NCBI GenBank assembly: GCA_963734535.1
Contig: CAVTHS010000010.1
Location: forward strand, 224,001 to 288,000
Direction: 5' to 3'
Origin: an uncultured Chloroflexia bacterium
GTDB taxonomy: Bacteria; Chloroflexota; Limnocylindria; Limnocylindrales; CSP1-4
DNA length: 64,000 nucleotides
Below are positions 20,625 to 33,395 of this stretch, piece by piece. Made by a program: the position numbers and the translations under genes. The notes beneath the pieces are model-generated. The model was given only the letters and a program-made list of their open reading frames with translations. It was not told where the DNA came from and searched no databases. Within the stretch, counting starts at the first letter, position 1, and each line of letters opens with the position of its first letter.

Positions 20625-22027
20625 CGAATCCCCTCCCCGATCGACCCGGCGGGGACGCCGGATCGGGAGCCCAGCTCGTCTCGAAGCGCCCAGGCGAACA
20701 GCTCGATCTCCTCCGCGGTCGTGGTCTCGGTGGCGCAGACGAGGAGCCCCTCGGCGAGCGACGCGTCGCCCGGCTCCAGCTCCGCGAGCGGGATCCCGGC
20801 AAGGATTCCGCGATGGAGCAATCGGCGGTGGACGGCGACCGCGTCGGGCACGCGAATCGCGAACTCGTTGAGGTAGGGACCCGGATGCAGGCGCGGAGCC
20901 CCGGCATCGTCGAGCGCGGCGGCCAGATCGGCGGCGCGGGCTGCGCCCGTCGCGGCGACGTCCCGGAGCCCGCCGGGCCCCAGCGCGGCGACGTACACGG
21001 CCGCAGCGAGCGCGCAGAGCGCCTGGTTCGTGCAGATGTTGCTGGCCGCCTTCTCGCGGCGGATGTCCTGCTCGCGGGCACGCATGGTCATGACGTACGC
21101 GCGCCGGCCGTCGGCGTCGCTCGTCATGCCGATCAGGCGACCCGGTATCTGGCGGATGAGGGAATCCCGGCAGGCGAGGATCCCGAGGTACGGGCCGCCG
21201 TACTGGGGTGGGATGCCCAGCGGCTGGCCCTCTCCGGCCGCGATATCCGCCTCGTAGGCCGACGGCGGCGCGAGCACGGCAAGCGAGACCGGCTCGACGA
21301 CGGCAACGAAGAGCGCGCCCGCGGCGTGGGCCAGCCGGCCGATCTCCGCCATCGGCTCGAGCAGCCCCAGCACGTTGGGCTGGGCCGCGATGACGCCCCC
21401 GATCGGGCGCTCGGAATCCGCGAGGAGGCGGTCGAGGGCGGCGAGGTCGGTGGTGCCTGCCGACGGCCCGTCGGCGACGAGCGGCACCTCGTCGAAGGTG
21501 AGGTTCGCCCCGGCGAAATAGGTCTCCAGGGTCTGGCGGGACTGCGGATGGACCCCGCGCGAGACGAGGACCCGCTCCCGGCGGGTGGCGCGGCAGGTCA
21601 TCAGCGCGGCCTCCGCGGTGGCGGTCGCGCCGTCGTAGTGCGAAGCGGATACGACGTCGAGGCCCGTCAGCTCGGCGAGGAGCGACTGGTACTCGTAGAT
21701 CGTCTGCAGGGTTCCCTGGCTGATCTCCGGCTGGTACGGCGTGTAGGCGGTGTAGTACTCGCCGCGCAGGAGGATCTGGTCGACCACGGGTGGAAGGTGG
21801 TGGCGGTAGACGCCCGCGCCCAGGAAGCTCGCGAGGTCGACCCGGTTGTGGCCGGCGAAGGTGCGCAGCCGCGCCATGAGGTCGAGCTCGGTCAGCCCCG
21901 GCGGAAGGTGCATCGGCCGGGCGCGGACCGACGGCGGGATGACCTCGAAGAGGTCATCCACGGAGCCGATCCCGAGTGCGGCGAGCATCCGCGACCGGTC
22001 GTCCGGCGTGTGCGGTCCGTACACCAT
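20621..22027 (-). CDS. gcvPA: Glycine dehydrogenase subunit 1
   Basis: [41 protein letters not shown]. Confidence 0.96.
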   Translation of the reverse strand: MVYGPHTPDDRSRMLAALGIGSVDDLFEVIPPSVRARPMHLPPGLTELDLMARLRTFAGHNRVDLASFLGAGVYRHHLPPVVDQILLRGEYYTAYTPYQPEISQGTLQTIYEYQSLLAELTGLDVVSASHYDGATATAEAALMTCRATRRERVLVSRGVHPQSRQTLETYFAGANLTFDEVPLVADGPSAGTTDLAALDRLLADSERPIGGVIAAQPNVLGLLEPMAEIGRLAHAAGALFVAVVEPVSLAVLAPPSAYEADIAAGEGQPLGIPPQYGGPYLGILACRDSLIRQIPGRLIGMTSDADGRRAYVMTMRAREQDIRREKAASNICTNQALCALAAAVYVAALGPGGLRDVAATGAARAADLAAALDDAGAPRLHPGPYLNEFAIRVPDAVAVHRRLLHRGILAGIPLAELEPGDASLAEGLLVCATETTTAEEIELFAWALRDELGSRSGVPAGSIGEGIR

Positions 22028-22031
22028 CGGG

Positions 22032-22412
22032 TCAGCCCTCCGCGGTCAGCGCCTCGTAGGCGGCCGGGTCGAGCAGCTGACCCACCTGGGCCGGGTCCGA
22101 GAGGCGGACGCGCAGCATCCAGCCGGCGCCGTACGGGTCGCTGTTGACCACCTCCGGCGTTGTCGCGAGCCCCGCATTGCCCTCCAGGACCTCGCCGGCA
22201 ACCGGCGCGAAGAGATCGCTGACCGCCTTCACGGACTCCACGACGCCGAAGGTCGCGAACTGCTCCAACCGCTTGCCGGGCTCCGGAAGCTCCACGAAGA
22301 CGATGTCGCCGAGCTGGTCGGCGGCATGCTGCGTGATCCCGACCGTCGCGACGTCGCCCTCCACGCGGACCCACTCGTGCTCTTTCGTGTAATGCAGATC
22401 GGACGGGATCAT
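22032..22412 (-). CDS. gcvH: Glycine cleavage system H protein
   Basis: YTKEHEWV, LGDIVFVELP, lipoyl-Lys motif VESVKAVSD, NSDPYG.GW. Confidence 0.96.
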   Translation of the reverse strand: MIPSDLHYTKEHEWVRVEGDVATVGITQHAADQLGDIVFVELPEPGKRLEQFATFGVVESVKAVSDLFAPVAGEVLEGNAGLATTPEVVNSDPYGAGWMLRVRLSDPAQVGQLLDPAAYEALTAEG

Positions 22413-22493
22413 CGGCCGGAAACCTCCGTGCTCAAGCGGTCGCTGCCGCACGAACGTCGCGTCGCCCACCGCCACGAGTGGCGGGAGGTCGGG

Positions 22494-23615
22494 TCATCGG
22501 GCCCTGGAGTAGAACGGGAGCGGGACGACCTCGGAGACGGCCCGCGTGTCGCGAACCTCCACTTCGAGCATCGTACCCACCGCGGCATCGCCCGGGGCGA
22601 CGTAGGCCATCGCGATCGGCACCCCCAGGGTCGGCGACTGCGTCCCCGAGGTGACCGCGCCCGTGCGTCGGTCCCCCGCCCAGACCGGGTACCCATGGCG
22701 CCCGATCCCGCGCCCGCGCACCACGAGACCCACCAGCAGCCGCCGCGGGCCTGCTTCTGCGGCCCGGGCCAGGGCGTCGCGGCCCACGAAATCGCCAGCC
22801 TTGGCGAGCTTCACGACACGACCAAGGCCGGCCTCGAACGGCGTGGTGGCGCGGTCCAGCTCGTTGCCGTAGAGGGGCATTCCCGCTTCGAGCCGAAGCG
22901 TGTCCCGGGCGCCAAGCCCGACCGGCAGCATGCCGGCAGGAGCGCCGGCCCCCACGAGGATGTCCCACAGCTCGCCCGCGGACGCGCCGTCCACGAAGAC
23001 CTCGAAGCCGTCCTCGCCCGTGTAGCCGGTGCGGGCGACGAGGGCCGGGATCCCGGCCACGTTTCCCTCCGCGATCGCGTAGTAGTGGAGCGTCGAAAGG
23101 TCCACGTCGGTGAGCGGCCCGAGGATGCCCCGCGCCGCGGGTCCCTGGACGGCCACGAGGGCAGTCGCCAGCGAGCGATCGTCGAGGATTGCCCGCTTCC
23201 CATCCAGGCGTTCGGCAAGCGCGTCGGAGACGACCGGGGCGTTGGAGGCGTTGGCCACGACGAGGAACCGGTCCAGGGCCAGCCGGTAGACGATCAGGTC
23301 GTCGATGACCCCGCCGTCGGGGGCACAGATCATGGAGTAGTGGGCACGGCCCACCTCGAGCGAGGGCGGGTCGGTCACGAGCGCCCCGGCAAGCGCGGCG
23401 CCAGCCTCCGGTCCCTCGACGAAGAGCTCACCCATGTGGGACAGGTCGAAGATGCCGGCCCGCTGGCGGACCGCTCGATGCTCCTCGAGGATGGAGGTGT
23501 ACTGGACGGGCATGCGCCAGCCGCCGAAGTCGATCATTCGCCCGCCGAGCGCCTCGTGACGGGACAGGAGCGGCGTCGCCCGCGATCCGTCGGCTCGCCG
23601 CGGCATCTCGGTCAT
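22494..23615 (-). CDS. gcvT: Glycine cleavage system aminomethyltransferase T
   Basis: FGGWRMPVQY, FDLSHMG, ARTGYTGEDGFE, GLGARDTLRLEAG. Confidence 0.96.
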   Translation of the reverse strand: MTEMPRRADGSRATPLLSRHEALGGRMIDFGGWRMPVQYTSILEEHRAVRQRAGIFDLSHMGELFVEGPEAGAALAGALVTDPPSLEVGRAHYSMICAPDGGVIDDLIVYRLALDRFLVVANASNAPVVSDALAERLDGKRAILDDRSLATALVAVQGPAARGILGPLTDVDLSTLHYYAIAEGNVAGIPALVARTGYTGEDGFEVFVDGASAGELWDILVGAGAPAGMLPVGLGARDTLRLEAGMPLYGNELDRATTPFEAGLGRVVKLAKAGDFVGRDALARAAEAGPRRLLVGLVVRGRGIGRHGYPVWAGDRRTGAVTSGTQSPTLGVPIAMAYVAPGDAAVGTMLEVEVRDTRAVSEVVPLPFYSRAR

Positions 23616-24103
23616 GGCCGCGCCTCACCGGCCGGGGCGATCGCGCCCGTTGGGGCGATCATGCCGGCCGGGGCGATCATGCCGGCCGCTCGTTCCACGA
23701 GGGCGCGCTCCGTCTCGAACGTCAGCAGGCCGGGCGCGTCGGCAAGCGCAACCCAGCGCACCTCGTCGAACTCGTGGTCGTGGCGTGTGAGGTCACCGCC
23801 GACCGGCTCCATCAGCCAGTAGTGGACCGTCTTGTGGATCCTCGCGCCCCCCTGCACGAACACGTACTCGATGCGGTCGATCGGGGCCACGATGCGTACC
23901 TCCAGGCCGGTCTCCTCCGCGACCTCGCGAAGCGCCGTCTCCTCGAGCGTCTCGAGTGGGTTGGGGGTCCCCTTCGGGAGGGTCCACGATCCCCCGTCAC
24001 GTTCGCGATGACGACGACCGGCCACGAGGTGCGGTACCCCGGCGATGAGGCGGACGACGATCCCGCCCGCCGATGTGGCGGTCGCGCGCCTCAGCCGCGC
24101 CAC
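23612..24103 (-). CDS. NUDIX hydrolase
   Basis: SAGGIV, Nudix box LPKG...ETALREVAEETG; start codon uncertain (GTG at 24103 or 24160). Confidence 0.88.
   Translation of the reverse strand: MARLRRATATSAGGIVVRLIAGVPHLVAGRRHRERDGGSWTLPKGTPNPLETLEETALREVAEETGLEVRIVAPIDRIEYVFVQGGARIHKTVHYWLMEPVGGDLTRHDHEFDEVRWVALADAPGLLTFETERALVERAAGMIAPAGMIAPTGAIAPAGEARP
23628..23688. repeat. ~3 x 18-bp tandem repeat inside the NUDIX 3' end
   Basis: GGGGCGATC recurs every 18 bp; encodes GMIAPA-GMIAPT-GAIAPA. Confidence 0.75.
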
Positions 24104-24411
24104 GGCGCCGACGCGGCTCGCACGCGACGACCGGGGCTCCGGACTTCGGGCTTTGCCCACCGGACTGCCACCAGCGGGCCCGCGATGCCAGCTGCGCCGC
24201 GCGATCGCACGGGCGTCACCGCGCGCCAGTCGGCGCGCAGGAGGACGACCGGCCCGAGGTCCGTCCGGCGGACGATGGTCGGGCGATCGGTCGAAGCATG
24301 GAAGCCGACGTGGCGATGGAGGCCGAGGCGGCGCTCCCGAAGCCGGGGCGGAGGCGTCGGGAACCGGGCGGCCGGGCGAACCGCGAACCTCGCGGCAAAA
24401 CTTCGCTGCAT
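24091..24411 (-). CDS. Arg-rich hypothetical protein (106 aa), probably leaderless
   Basis: TACGAT 6 nt before the ATG; fills the gap and overlaps the NUDIX start by 13 nt. Confidence 0.5.
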   Translation of the reverse strand: MQRSFAARFAVRPAARFPTPPPRLRERRLGLHRHVGFHASTDRPTIVRRTDLGPVVLLRADWRAVTPVRSRGAAGIAGPLVAVRWAKPEVRSPGRRVRAASAPWRG

Positions 24412-24428
24412 GTGCAGATCGTAGCGCC

Positions 24429-25557
24429 TCAGCGGCGATCTGCAAGTTCGGCACGCAGCTCGGCCGCGGTTTCCGGCGCGAGGCCGCGCCGCTCTTCGGC
24501 CATCGTCACCTGGCGGCTGACCAGCGCGCGGTATGCGTCGAGCGCCCCCGGCGAACCACTCTCGAGCGCGGCGAGGTGGGCGGCGACCGTCCCGGCGTCC
24601 CCGCGGACAGCAGGCCCGGTGAGCGCCGGGGAGATTCCCAGCGCCCGGGCGTTGCCGAGCGCCTGCGCCGCGAGCGGCCCGTAGACCGCGAGCGAGCCGG
24701 CCTCGTCGAGGCCGGCTCGCTCGGCGACTTCCGCGATCACGTCGAGCAGCGCGACGAGGCCGCCCGCGGCGAGCACGGCGGCAGCGTGGTACGCGGGCTT
24801 CGAACCAGGCAGGAGCCGCACAGGCAGCGCCCCTATCGACTCTGCCATCTCCGCGAGGACGTCGAGCAGGTCCTCATCGCCCTCGATTGCCACGGTCGCC
24901 CCACGGCAGGGCGGCGAGGGCACGATCCACGTCGGCGAAGGCGACGAGCGGATGGAACGATCCGCCCGACGTGCCGGCGGCGCGGGCGGCAGCCAGGATC
25001 TCGGCCCCGTGGAGGCCGCTCGTGTGAACCAGCGCCTGGCCGGAGTAGAGGTGCATGCGAGCGGCGACGTCTGCGATCGCGTCGTCGGGCACGGCGATGA
25101 TCGCGAGGTGGCACTCGTCGAGGATCCCGGCAGGCTCCGCGAATGCCCGGGCGCCGGGAGCCGACCAGCGGAGGCGCTCCCGTCGCGCCGGGTCGCGGCT
25201 CGCGACGGCCCCAACCTGCCACCCGGCCGCGACCAGGGCGGCCGCAAGGGTCAGCCCGACCATGCCGCCTCCCACGATCCCGATCACGGGGCGCCCATCG
25301 GCCGGCGGTGCGACGTGGGGATGTGCGTGCGGCTCGAGGTGCACCGTGTCGCCGTGCCGGTGCGCCCCCGGAGGCAGCGACGGATCGGCCGACGATGGGT
25401 CTCGCTCGGCCGCATCGACTCCGGGCGCACCGTCGGCTGACACGTCCGGCGCGTCCGCATCGGCGCCCTGTCCGTGGGCTGCGGCCGCACGCCGCAGCTC
25501 GTCGAGGGTCGCGGCATCGCCCGGCGGAGGCGGGATGGCGTCGCTCCAGGCTCGCAC
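24429..25557 (-). CDS. Rossmann-like/DUF2520 oxidoreductase, with a frameshift near 24905
   Basis: IGIVGGGMVG, IAVPDDAI, VHTSG, FHPL in one frame; AYHAAAVLAA, LTGPAVRGDAGTV..HL in another; GAGGAG RBS. Confidence 0.82.
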
Positions 25558-25679
25558 GCGGGCTCCTCGCTCCCCCTGGGCGTCGACGCGGGGTCGGGCC
25601 GAGCGGGGGTACTCTTTGCGGCGACAGCGTAGCGCCCCACGCGGCACCGGCGCCGCCCGAGCCACGAACGAGGAACCCC

Positions 25680-28352
<2,673 letters not shown>

Positions 28353-28424
28353 CCCGCCCGGCTTGCCTCAGTCGAGCCCGCCCAGCCGCGCGTCCGGGAG
28401 GCCGCCAGAGGGCCGAGGCCGTCG

Positions 28425-29243
28425 TCAGGCCCGGCGCGCCGTCCAGCGCCCGTCGCGGCCGTCGACGTGGAGGGGGATCCCGTACGCCCGGGAGAGGGTC
28501 GCGTCGACGAGCACCTCGTCGATCCGGCCTGCCGCGAGGACATGTCCTCCGGCGAGCACCAGCGCGTGCCCGAATCCCGCGGGAATCTCCTCGAGGTGAT
28601 GCGTCACGAGGATGATGCCGAGCGGGCGGACACCTGCTGCGAGCTGCGCGAGCGCATCCACGAGCTCCTCGCGCGCCCGGAGGTCCAACCCGGCCGCCGG
28701 TTCGTCCGCGAGCACGAGATCCGGGTCGGGCATCAGCGTCCGTGCCAGGAGCACGCGCTGGCGCTCGCCCGTCGAGAGCGTGCCGAAGGATCGTTCGGCA
28801 AGCTCGCCGACCCCGAACCGGCGCAGGAGGGCGAGCGACCGCTGCTCGTCGCGCGCCGCGTACGCGTCCCACCAGGGCGCCAGGGCGCCCGTGCGCGCGG
28901 TGACCACGACTTCGCGAGCCCGGAGCCGGGCATCGAAGCGCTCGGCGAGGGCCGCGCTGACCAGGCCGATCCGCGGCCGGAGCGTCCGTGCGTCGACGCC
29001 GCCCAGCTGCGCGCCGAGCACGCGGACCCGCCCGACCGTCGGGAAGAGGGTCGTCGCAGCGATGGCAAGCAGGGTGGTCTTGCCGGCGCCGTTCGGGCCG
29101 ACCACGACCCAGCGCTCCCCGGGCAGGACGCGGAGCGACGCGCCCGCGAGGAGCCAGGCGGCGCCACGCCGGACCCCCACACTGGCGAGCTCCAGGATCG
29201 GCGGCGTTTCGGAGCTGAGGGCGGGTGTCGGGTCATCGGGCAC
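28425..29243 (-). CDS. ABC ATP-binding protein (ModF/YlmA-like)
   Basis: GPNGAGKT, LSTGERQR, LADEPAAGLD, VTHHLEEIP. Confidence 0.88.
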   Translation of the reverse strand: MPDDPTPALSSETPPILELASVGVRRGAAWLLAGASLRVLPGERWVVVGPNGAGKTTLLAIAATTLFPTVGRVRVLGAQLGGVDARTLRPRIGLVSAALAERFDARLRAREVVVTARTGALAPWWDAYAARDEQRSLALLRRFGVGELAERSFGTLSTGERQRVLLARTLMPDPDLVLADEPAAGLDLRAREELVDALAQLAAGVRPLGIILVTHHLEEIPAGFGHALVLAGGHVLAAGRIDEVLVDATLSRAYGIPLHVDGRDGRWTARRA

Positions 29244-29402
29244 CCGTCGATGCTACGCGACGGCGGGATCCCGCCCGGGCCTGGGCGGGTGCAGAGCCAG
29301 CGCGAGGCTGCCGCCGGGTCAGCCCCTCGAAGCCTGTCGAGGTCCGAAGCGCCCCGCGTCTCGTGGCGCCATCAGCTCCCCCGTGACCGGTGACCCCGTC
29401 GA

Positions 29403-29876
29403 TCAGTCCGTCCTGTCGCGCTCGATCGCGACAGCCGACAGGTCGGCGCCCGCCTGCAGGATCGGTCGCGTCGCCGGGTCGATCGGGTGCTCGTGGGCGA
29501 GGGCCAGGACGCCGAGCACGATCTCCGAACCGCCGCGTGTGACGACCAGCGGGATGTGCGTGCGGAGCGCGGGACCGCCTGGCCCCGTCGGAAGGACGTC
29601 GAACGATGCCACGGGCATCGCAAAGGTCCGTGCGATCGGATGTCCGGGGGTGCCGACGGCCGCCGCGAGCCCTGCCATGGCTGCGTCCTGGAGCCCGAAC
29701 GAGGCGACGATCTCGAGACCATCCCGCCCCCCGATCGGGACGAGGATCGCGGCCGATTCGACCGCGAGGTGCTCGGCGATCGCGGCGAGCAGCACCTGGA
29801 GGCTCTCGGCCGTCCCGGCATGAGCCAGCGCCCGGGAACCGGCAACAAGGATCTCGCGCGCCGCCGGGTCCGACAT
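29403..29876 (-). CDS. Small GAF-like domain protein
   Basis: AAILV...LEIVASFGL...HIPLVV...LGVLAL...ADLSAVAIER fits a GAF pattern. Confidence 0.6.
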   Translation of the reverse strand: MSDPAAREILVAGSRALAHAGTAESLQVLLAAIAEHLAVESAAILVPIGGRDGLEIVASFGLQDAAMAGLAAAVGTPGHPIARTFAMPVASFDVLPTGPGGPALRTHIPLVVTRGGSEIVLGVLALAHEHPIDPATRPILQAGADLSAVAIERDRTD

Positions 29877-29914
29877 GTCTGCTCCCTGCGGGGCGACCCC
29901 CTCCAGGCGGCCGG

Positions 29915-30334
29915 TCACTGCTCCGGGTCGAGCTCGAGCGCCGCCGAGTTGATGCAGTAGCGCACGCCCGTGGGGTTCGGGCCGTCGTCGAAGACGTGCC
30001 CAAGGTGACCGCCGCAGGTCGCGCAGACTGCCTCGGTGCGGGTCATGAACAGCGCGCGATCCGTCCGGGTGGCCACGGCGGCCGGGTCGGCAGGCGCGAA
30101 GAAGCTCGGCCAGCCGGTGCCGGAGTCGAACTTCGCCTGGGATCGGAAGAGCTCGGTGCCGCAGCCGGCGCATCGATAGGCACCCGGCCGGTGCTCGTCC
30201 CACAGGCTCCCGGTGAAGGCGCGCTCGGTCCCCTTCTGGCGGAGGACGCGGTACTGCTCCGGCGTGAGGACCTCGCGCCAGTCGGCGTCCGACCTGGCGG
30301 AGGGCGTCGAGGTGGTCGTCTTCTCGTTTGCCAT
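29915..30334 (-). CDS. msrB: Peptide methionine sulfoxide reductase MsrB
   Basis: [15 protein letters not shown], two Cxx[24 protein letters not shown]. Confidence 0.96.
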   Translation of the reverse strand: MANEKTTTSTPSARSDADWREVLTPEQYRVLRQKGTERAFTGSLWDEHRPGAYRCAGCGTELFRSQAKFDSGTGWPSFFAPADPAAVATRTDRALFMTRTEAVCATCGGHLGHVFDDGPNPTGVRYCINSAALELDPEQ

Positions 30335-30419
30335 GGATGCAGGGTACGCCCGAATTGTGACGTTGCCATGACCAGCCGCGAGCGGCCCGTGATGCGGGGT
30401 CGGCCTCCACAACCCGCGG

Positions 30420-30989
30420 TCAGACGCCAGGTTCGAGGTTACAGGCGTAGAGGCGCCTCCGGGTGCCGTGACGCTCGAACTCCTTCTCGAACGTGAGACC
30501 GGTCTTCTCGGCCACGCGCTGGGAGGCGACATTGGCCGGGTGGATGATCGCGACGAGCCGCGCCAGCCCGAGCACCTCGCGCGCGTGTTCGCGCGCTGCC
30601 GCGGCGGCCTCTGTCGCGAGGCCGCGACCCTGGAGCGCACGGCGTACGTGGTAGCCAACCTCGATCTCGACGGTGCCGTCCACGTCCTGTGGCGTCAGGC
30701 CGCAGTCGCCAACGAAGGCGCCGGTCTGGCGCAGCTCCACCAGCCACAGTCCGAATCCGCGTTCGCGGTAGAGCCGCTGGTTCCAGGCGATCCACGCGAG
30801 CGCCTCGGCGCGGTCCCTCGGATGCGAGTAGAACGCCATGACCTCGGGGTCGCCAAGCAGGTCTCCCATCGCATCGAGGTCGTGTTCGGTCATCTCGCGG
30901 AAGGCGAGACGACCGGTCGGCCCGGGTGGCGGCATGCGCGCGCGCCTAGGCTTGGCTGGCGGGCCGGGGCCCGCCCTGGTCTCCGTCAT
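30420..30989 (-). CDS. GNAT (RimJ/RimL-like) N-acetyltransferase
   Basis: [36 protein letters not shown]. Confidence 0.88.
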   Translation of the reverse strand: MTETRAGPGPPAKPRRARMPPPGPTGRLAFREMTEHDLDAMGDLLGDPEVMAFYSHPRDRAEALAWIAWNQRLYRERGFGLWLVELRQTGAFVGDCGLTPQDVDGTVEIEVGYHVRRALQGRGLATEAAAAAREHAREVLGLARLVAIIHPANVASQRVAEKTGLTFEKEFERHGTRRRLYACNLEPGV

Positions 30990-31857
30990 CGAGCCAGCCA
31001 ACCGGTCCCTCCGAGAGAGCGAACAGGCGACGTGGCCCGGGGATCCCCTTGAGAGGGTGGAGCCCGCGGTCCGCGAAGAGAAGACCGGCGCCCGAGGCCA
31101 GTTCCCTCGTGGTTTGGGAGACGAGGATCTCGCCTGGGTTGGCCGCCGCGGCGATCCGAGCCGCCTCGTGAACGGCCAGGCCGCGGATCTGCTCGCCGAC
31201 GACCTCGACTTCTCCGACGTGGACCGCGGCCCGAACTGCGAGTCCTTCCGCGCGTGCGGTCTGCATCATCGCCAGGGCGCACCGGATCGCCCGGGCGGGT
31301 CCGTCGAAGCTGGCGAGCAGGCCGTCCCCGGCGCGATCGACCTCGATTCCCCGAAACCGTTCGAGCGTGGCACGAGACTGCTCGACGTGCCGTCCGAGGA
31401 GCTCGCGCCACGCGCCGTCGCCGATCCGCGCCACGATCGTCGTCGACTCGACGATGTCCACCACCAGCAGGGTGGCGAGCGCCCGATCGAGGAAGCGGCG
31501 GTCGCGTCCGGCCCACGTTCGAGCGCCCGACCATTCGATCATGACGGCCGGCTCGTCGCCGATGGTGTAGCCGTCGTGGCCGGGTGGGATGTCGTACGCA
31601 TCGTCAGGCCCGAACTCGAGCACCGTGCCATCGCGGAGCTCCACGCCCTGGCGGCCGGACAGAGTCACGCCGACGTGATGGCTCTCACACGACTGTCCGC
31701 CGGCGATTGCGCGCATATCGTTCGACCAGCGCCAGCCCGGGTACTGAACGACCCTGGCGACCACCTCCTCGCCGATGTAGACCAGGTCCTCCTCGACGCC
31801 AGGGAGGCGCACTGACTCATCGGGGTTTCCAAGGTTCTTCGGGACGTGGCCAGGCAT
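30946..31857 (-). CDS. Cupin-like domain fused to a class III adenylate/guanylate cyclase
   Basis: N-terminus PGWRWS..., HVG, YDIPPGHDG; C-terminus DIVEST, GDGLLASF, VHVGEV, GLAVHEAARI, HPLKG. Confidence 0.85.
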   Translation of the reverse strand: MPGHVPKNLGNPDESVRLPGVEEDLVYIGEEVVARVVQYPGWRWSNDMRAIAGGQSCESHHVGVTLSGRQGVELRDGTVLEFGPDDAYDIPPGHDGYTIGDEPAVMIEWSGARTWAGRDRRFLDRALATLLVVDIVESTTIVARIGDGAWRELLGRHVEQSRATLERFRGIEVDRAGDGLLASFDGPARAIRCALAMMQTARAEGLAVRAAVHVGEVEVVGEQIRGLAVHEAARIAAAANPGEILVSQTTRELASGAGLLFADRGLHPLKGIPGPRRLFALSEGPVGWLDDGDQGGPRPASQA

Positions 31858-31930
31858 CGCCGTAGGGTGGGGTGGGTCGCGCCACCCGTCAAGGACGTGT
31901 GCTCGTCCGGCACGCCGGCGCCTGTTCAGG

Positions 31931-32170
31931 TCATGCGCCGGGCTTCGTGACCTTCGGGGCCTGCTCGCAGAGGAACGCCTCCAGCTCGGCAGCCGCGCCG
32001 CGCAGCGCGTCGTTGTCGCGGCTCCATGCCCCCCACTTCGCGCACGTCCGCTCGGACCATCCCGAGAGGGCGCCCGGTGCGAGGTCGAACGCCTGGAGGA
32101 AGGCGCGCGATTCCGCGTTTCGCGTCGCGACGACGCGGGCGGTCAGGCGCCGGAACTCGACGATATCCAT
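31931..32170 (-). CDS. Hypothetical protein (79 aa)
   Basis: AGGAGG RBS before the ATG (MDIVEFRRL...); co-oriented with its neighbours. Confidence 0.55.
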   Translation of the reverse strand: MDIVEFRRLTARVVATRNAESRAFLQAFDLAPGALSGWSERTCAKWGAWSRDNDALRGAAAELEAFLCEQAPKVTKPGA

Positions 32171-32287
32171 GCGACCCTCCTGGAGCCTTTCGAGTGGAGC
32201 CATCCGGTGCTCCATGGGTTCGAGCACGGAGACCGGGATCCGCCGGCCGGTCCGCCTCCAGCCGGCCGCTCGGCTCCGCAGGTGCGG

Positions 32288-33385
32288 CTACTCCCAGCGG
32301 AACGACCGGGCGGCGATCCCCAGGCAGACCACCAGCCAGCCGGCAAGGATCGCGAGATCCGCCCCGAGCGGCGCCACCTGCGTCCCGTTGACCATCACCT
32401 GGCGCAGGGCGTCCCCCAGGTAGGTCAGCGGCAGGAACCGGGCGACCGTCTGCAGGAACCCGGGAAGGAACTCGAAGGAGAAGAAGATCCCCGACAGGAA
32501 CATCATCGGGAGCTGCACGACCTGGACAACGCCCTGTGCCTGCTCCTCGGTCTTGAGGAACGAGGCCAGCGCGAAGCCGATGGCGAGGAAGGAGGCGGAG
32601 CCGAGGAGGACGATCGCACCGACCTCCAGCAGGTTACCGACGACCTGGACGTTGAAGACCGCGAACCCGATCCCGATGATCAGGACGGCATCCACGATCG
32701 CCACCATCAATCGGAGCAGCACGTTGCTCCCGACCAGCTTCCAGCGGGCGAGGGGCGTCGCCCCGATCCGCTTGAGAATGCCCTTCTCGCGCTGCTGGAC
32801 CAGCGGAATCGCGGCGAAGATGCCGAGCTGCATGAGCGCCATCGCGAGGATGCTGGGGACGAGGTAGGCCACCGAGCTGATGCTCGTCGACTGCAGCGTC
32901 AGCTGGCTCACGGTCAGGATCGCCGAGCCGCCAACCGCCGCGAGGTTGAAGGCGTTCGCGACCTGGGCGACGGCCCCCTGGACGACCTGCGTGGTCTGGT
33001 TCTGCGACGGATCCCCGTAGACCTGGACGGCGATCGACGCCGCGTTGCCGGTCCTGGCCTGCGCGAACGCGTCCTGGAGGCCCTTCGGGACCACGATGAC
33101 CGCGGACACGTCGCCGTGCTGCATCGCCGCCTTCTCGGCATCGAGCGTGCCGTCCTTGAGGCTGAGGAGGCTCACGCCGGCGAGTGCCTGCCGGAGACCG
33201 CCCGAGGCCTGGGTCCCGTCCTGGTCGACGAAGCCCACCGAGATCTTCGACCCGCCGCTCCCTCCGAAGATCCATCCGAAGAGGAAGACGAACATGATCG
33301 GAAAGAAGATGGTCCAGAACAGGGCCGCCCGGTCGCGCGCGAGACTCTTGACGTTGGCGACCGTGAGGCCGAGCAGGGTTCCCAT
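32288..33385 (-). CDS. ABC-2 type exporter permease
   Basis: RDRAALFWT..FP, REKGILKRI.ATPL, LPMMFLSGIFF, LPLTYL.DALR. Confidence 0.92.
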   Translation of the reverse strand: MGTLLGLTVANVKSLARDRAALFWTIFFPIMFVFLFGWIFGGSGGSKISVGFVDQDGTQASGGLRQALAGVSLLSLKDGTLDAEKAAMQHGDVSAVIVVPKGLQDAFAQARTGNAASIAVQVYGDPSQNQTTQVVQGAVAQVANAFNLAAVGGSAILTVSQLTLQSTSISSVAYLVPSILAMALMQLGIFAAIPLVQQREKGILKRIGATPLARWKLVGSNVLLRLMVAIVDAVLIIGIGFAVFNVQVVGNLLEVGAIVLLGSASFLAIGFALASFLKTEEQAQGVVQVVQLPMMFLSGIFFSFEFLPGFLQTVARFLPLTYLGDALRQVMVNGTQVAPLGADLAILAGWLVVCLGIAARSFRWE

Positions 33386-33395
33386 CGTCGGCCTC

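Noticed and set aside
23615-24430. Glycine riboswitch upstream of gcvT
   Set aside because: The region is coding (NUDIX plus an ORF) and I could not find the GGAGA...CAGG...CTCTGG pattern.
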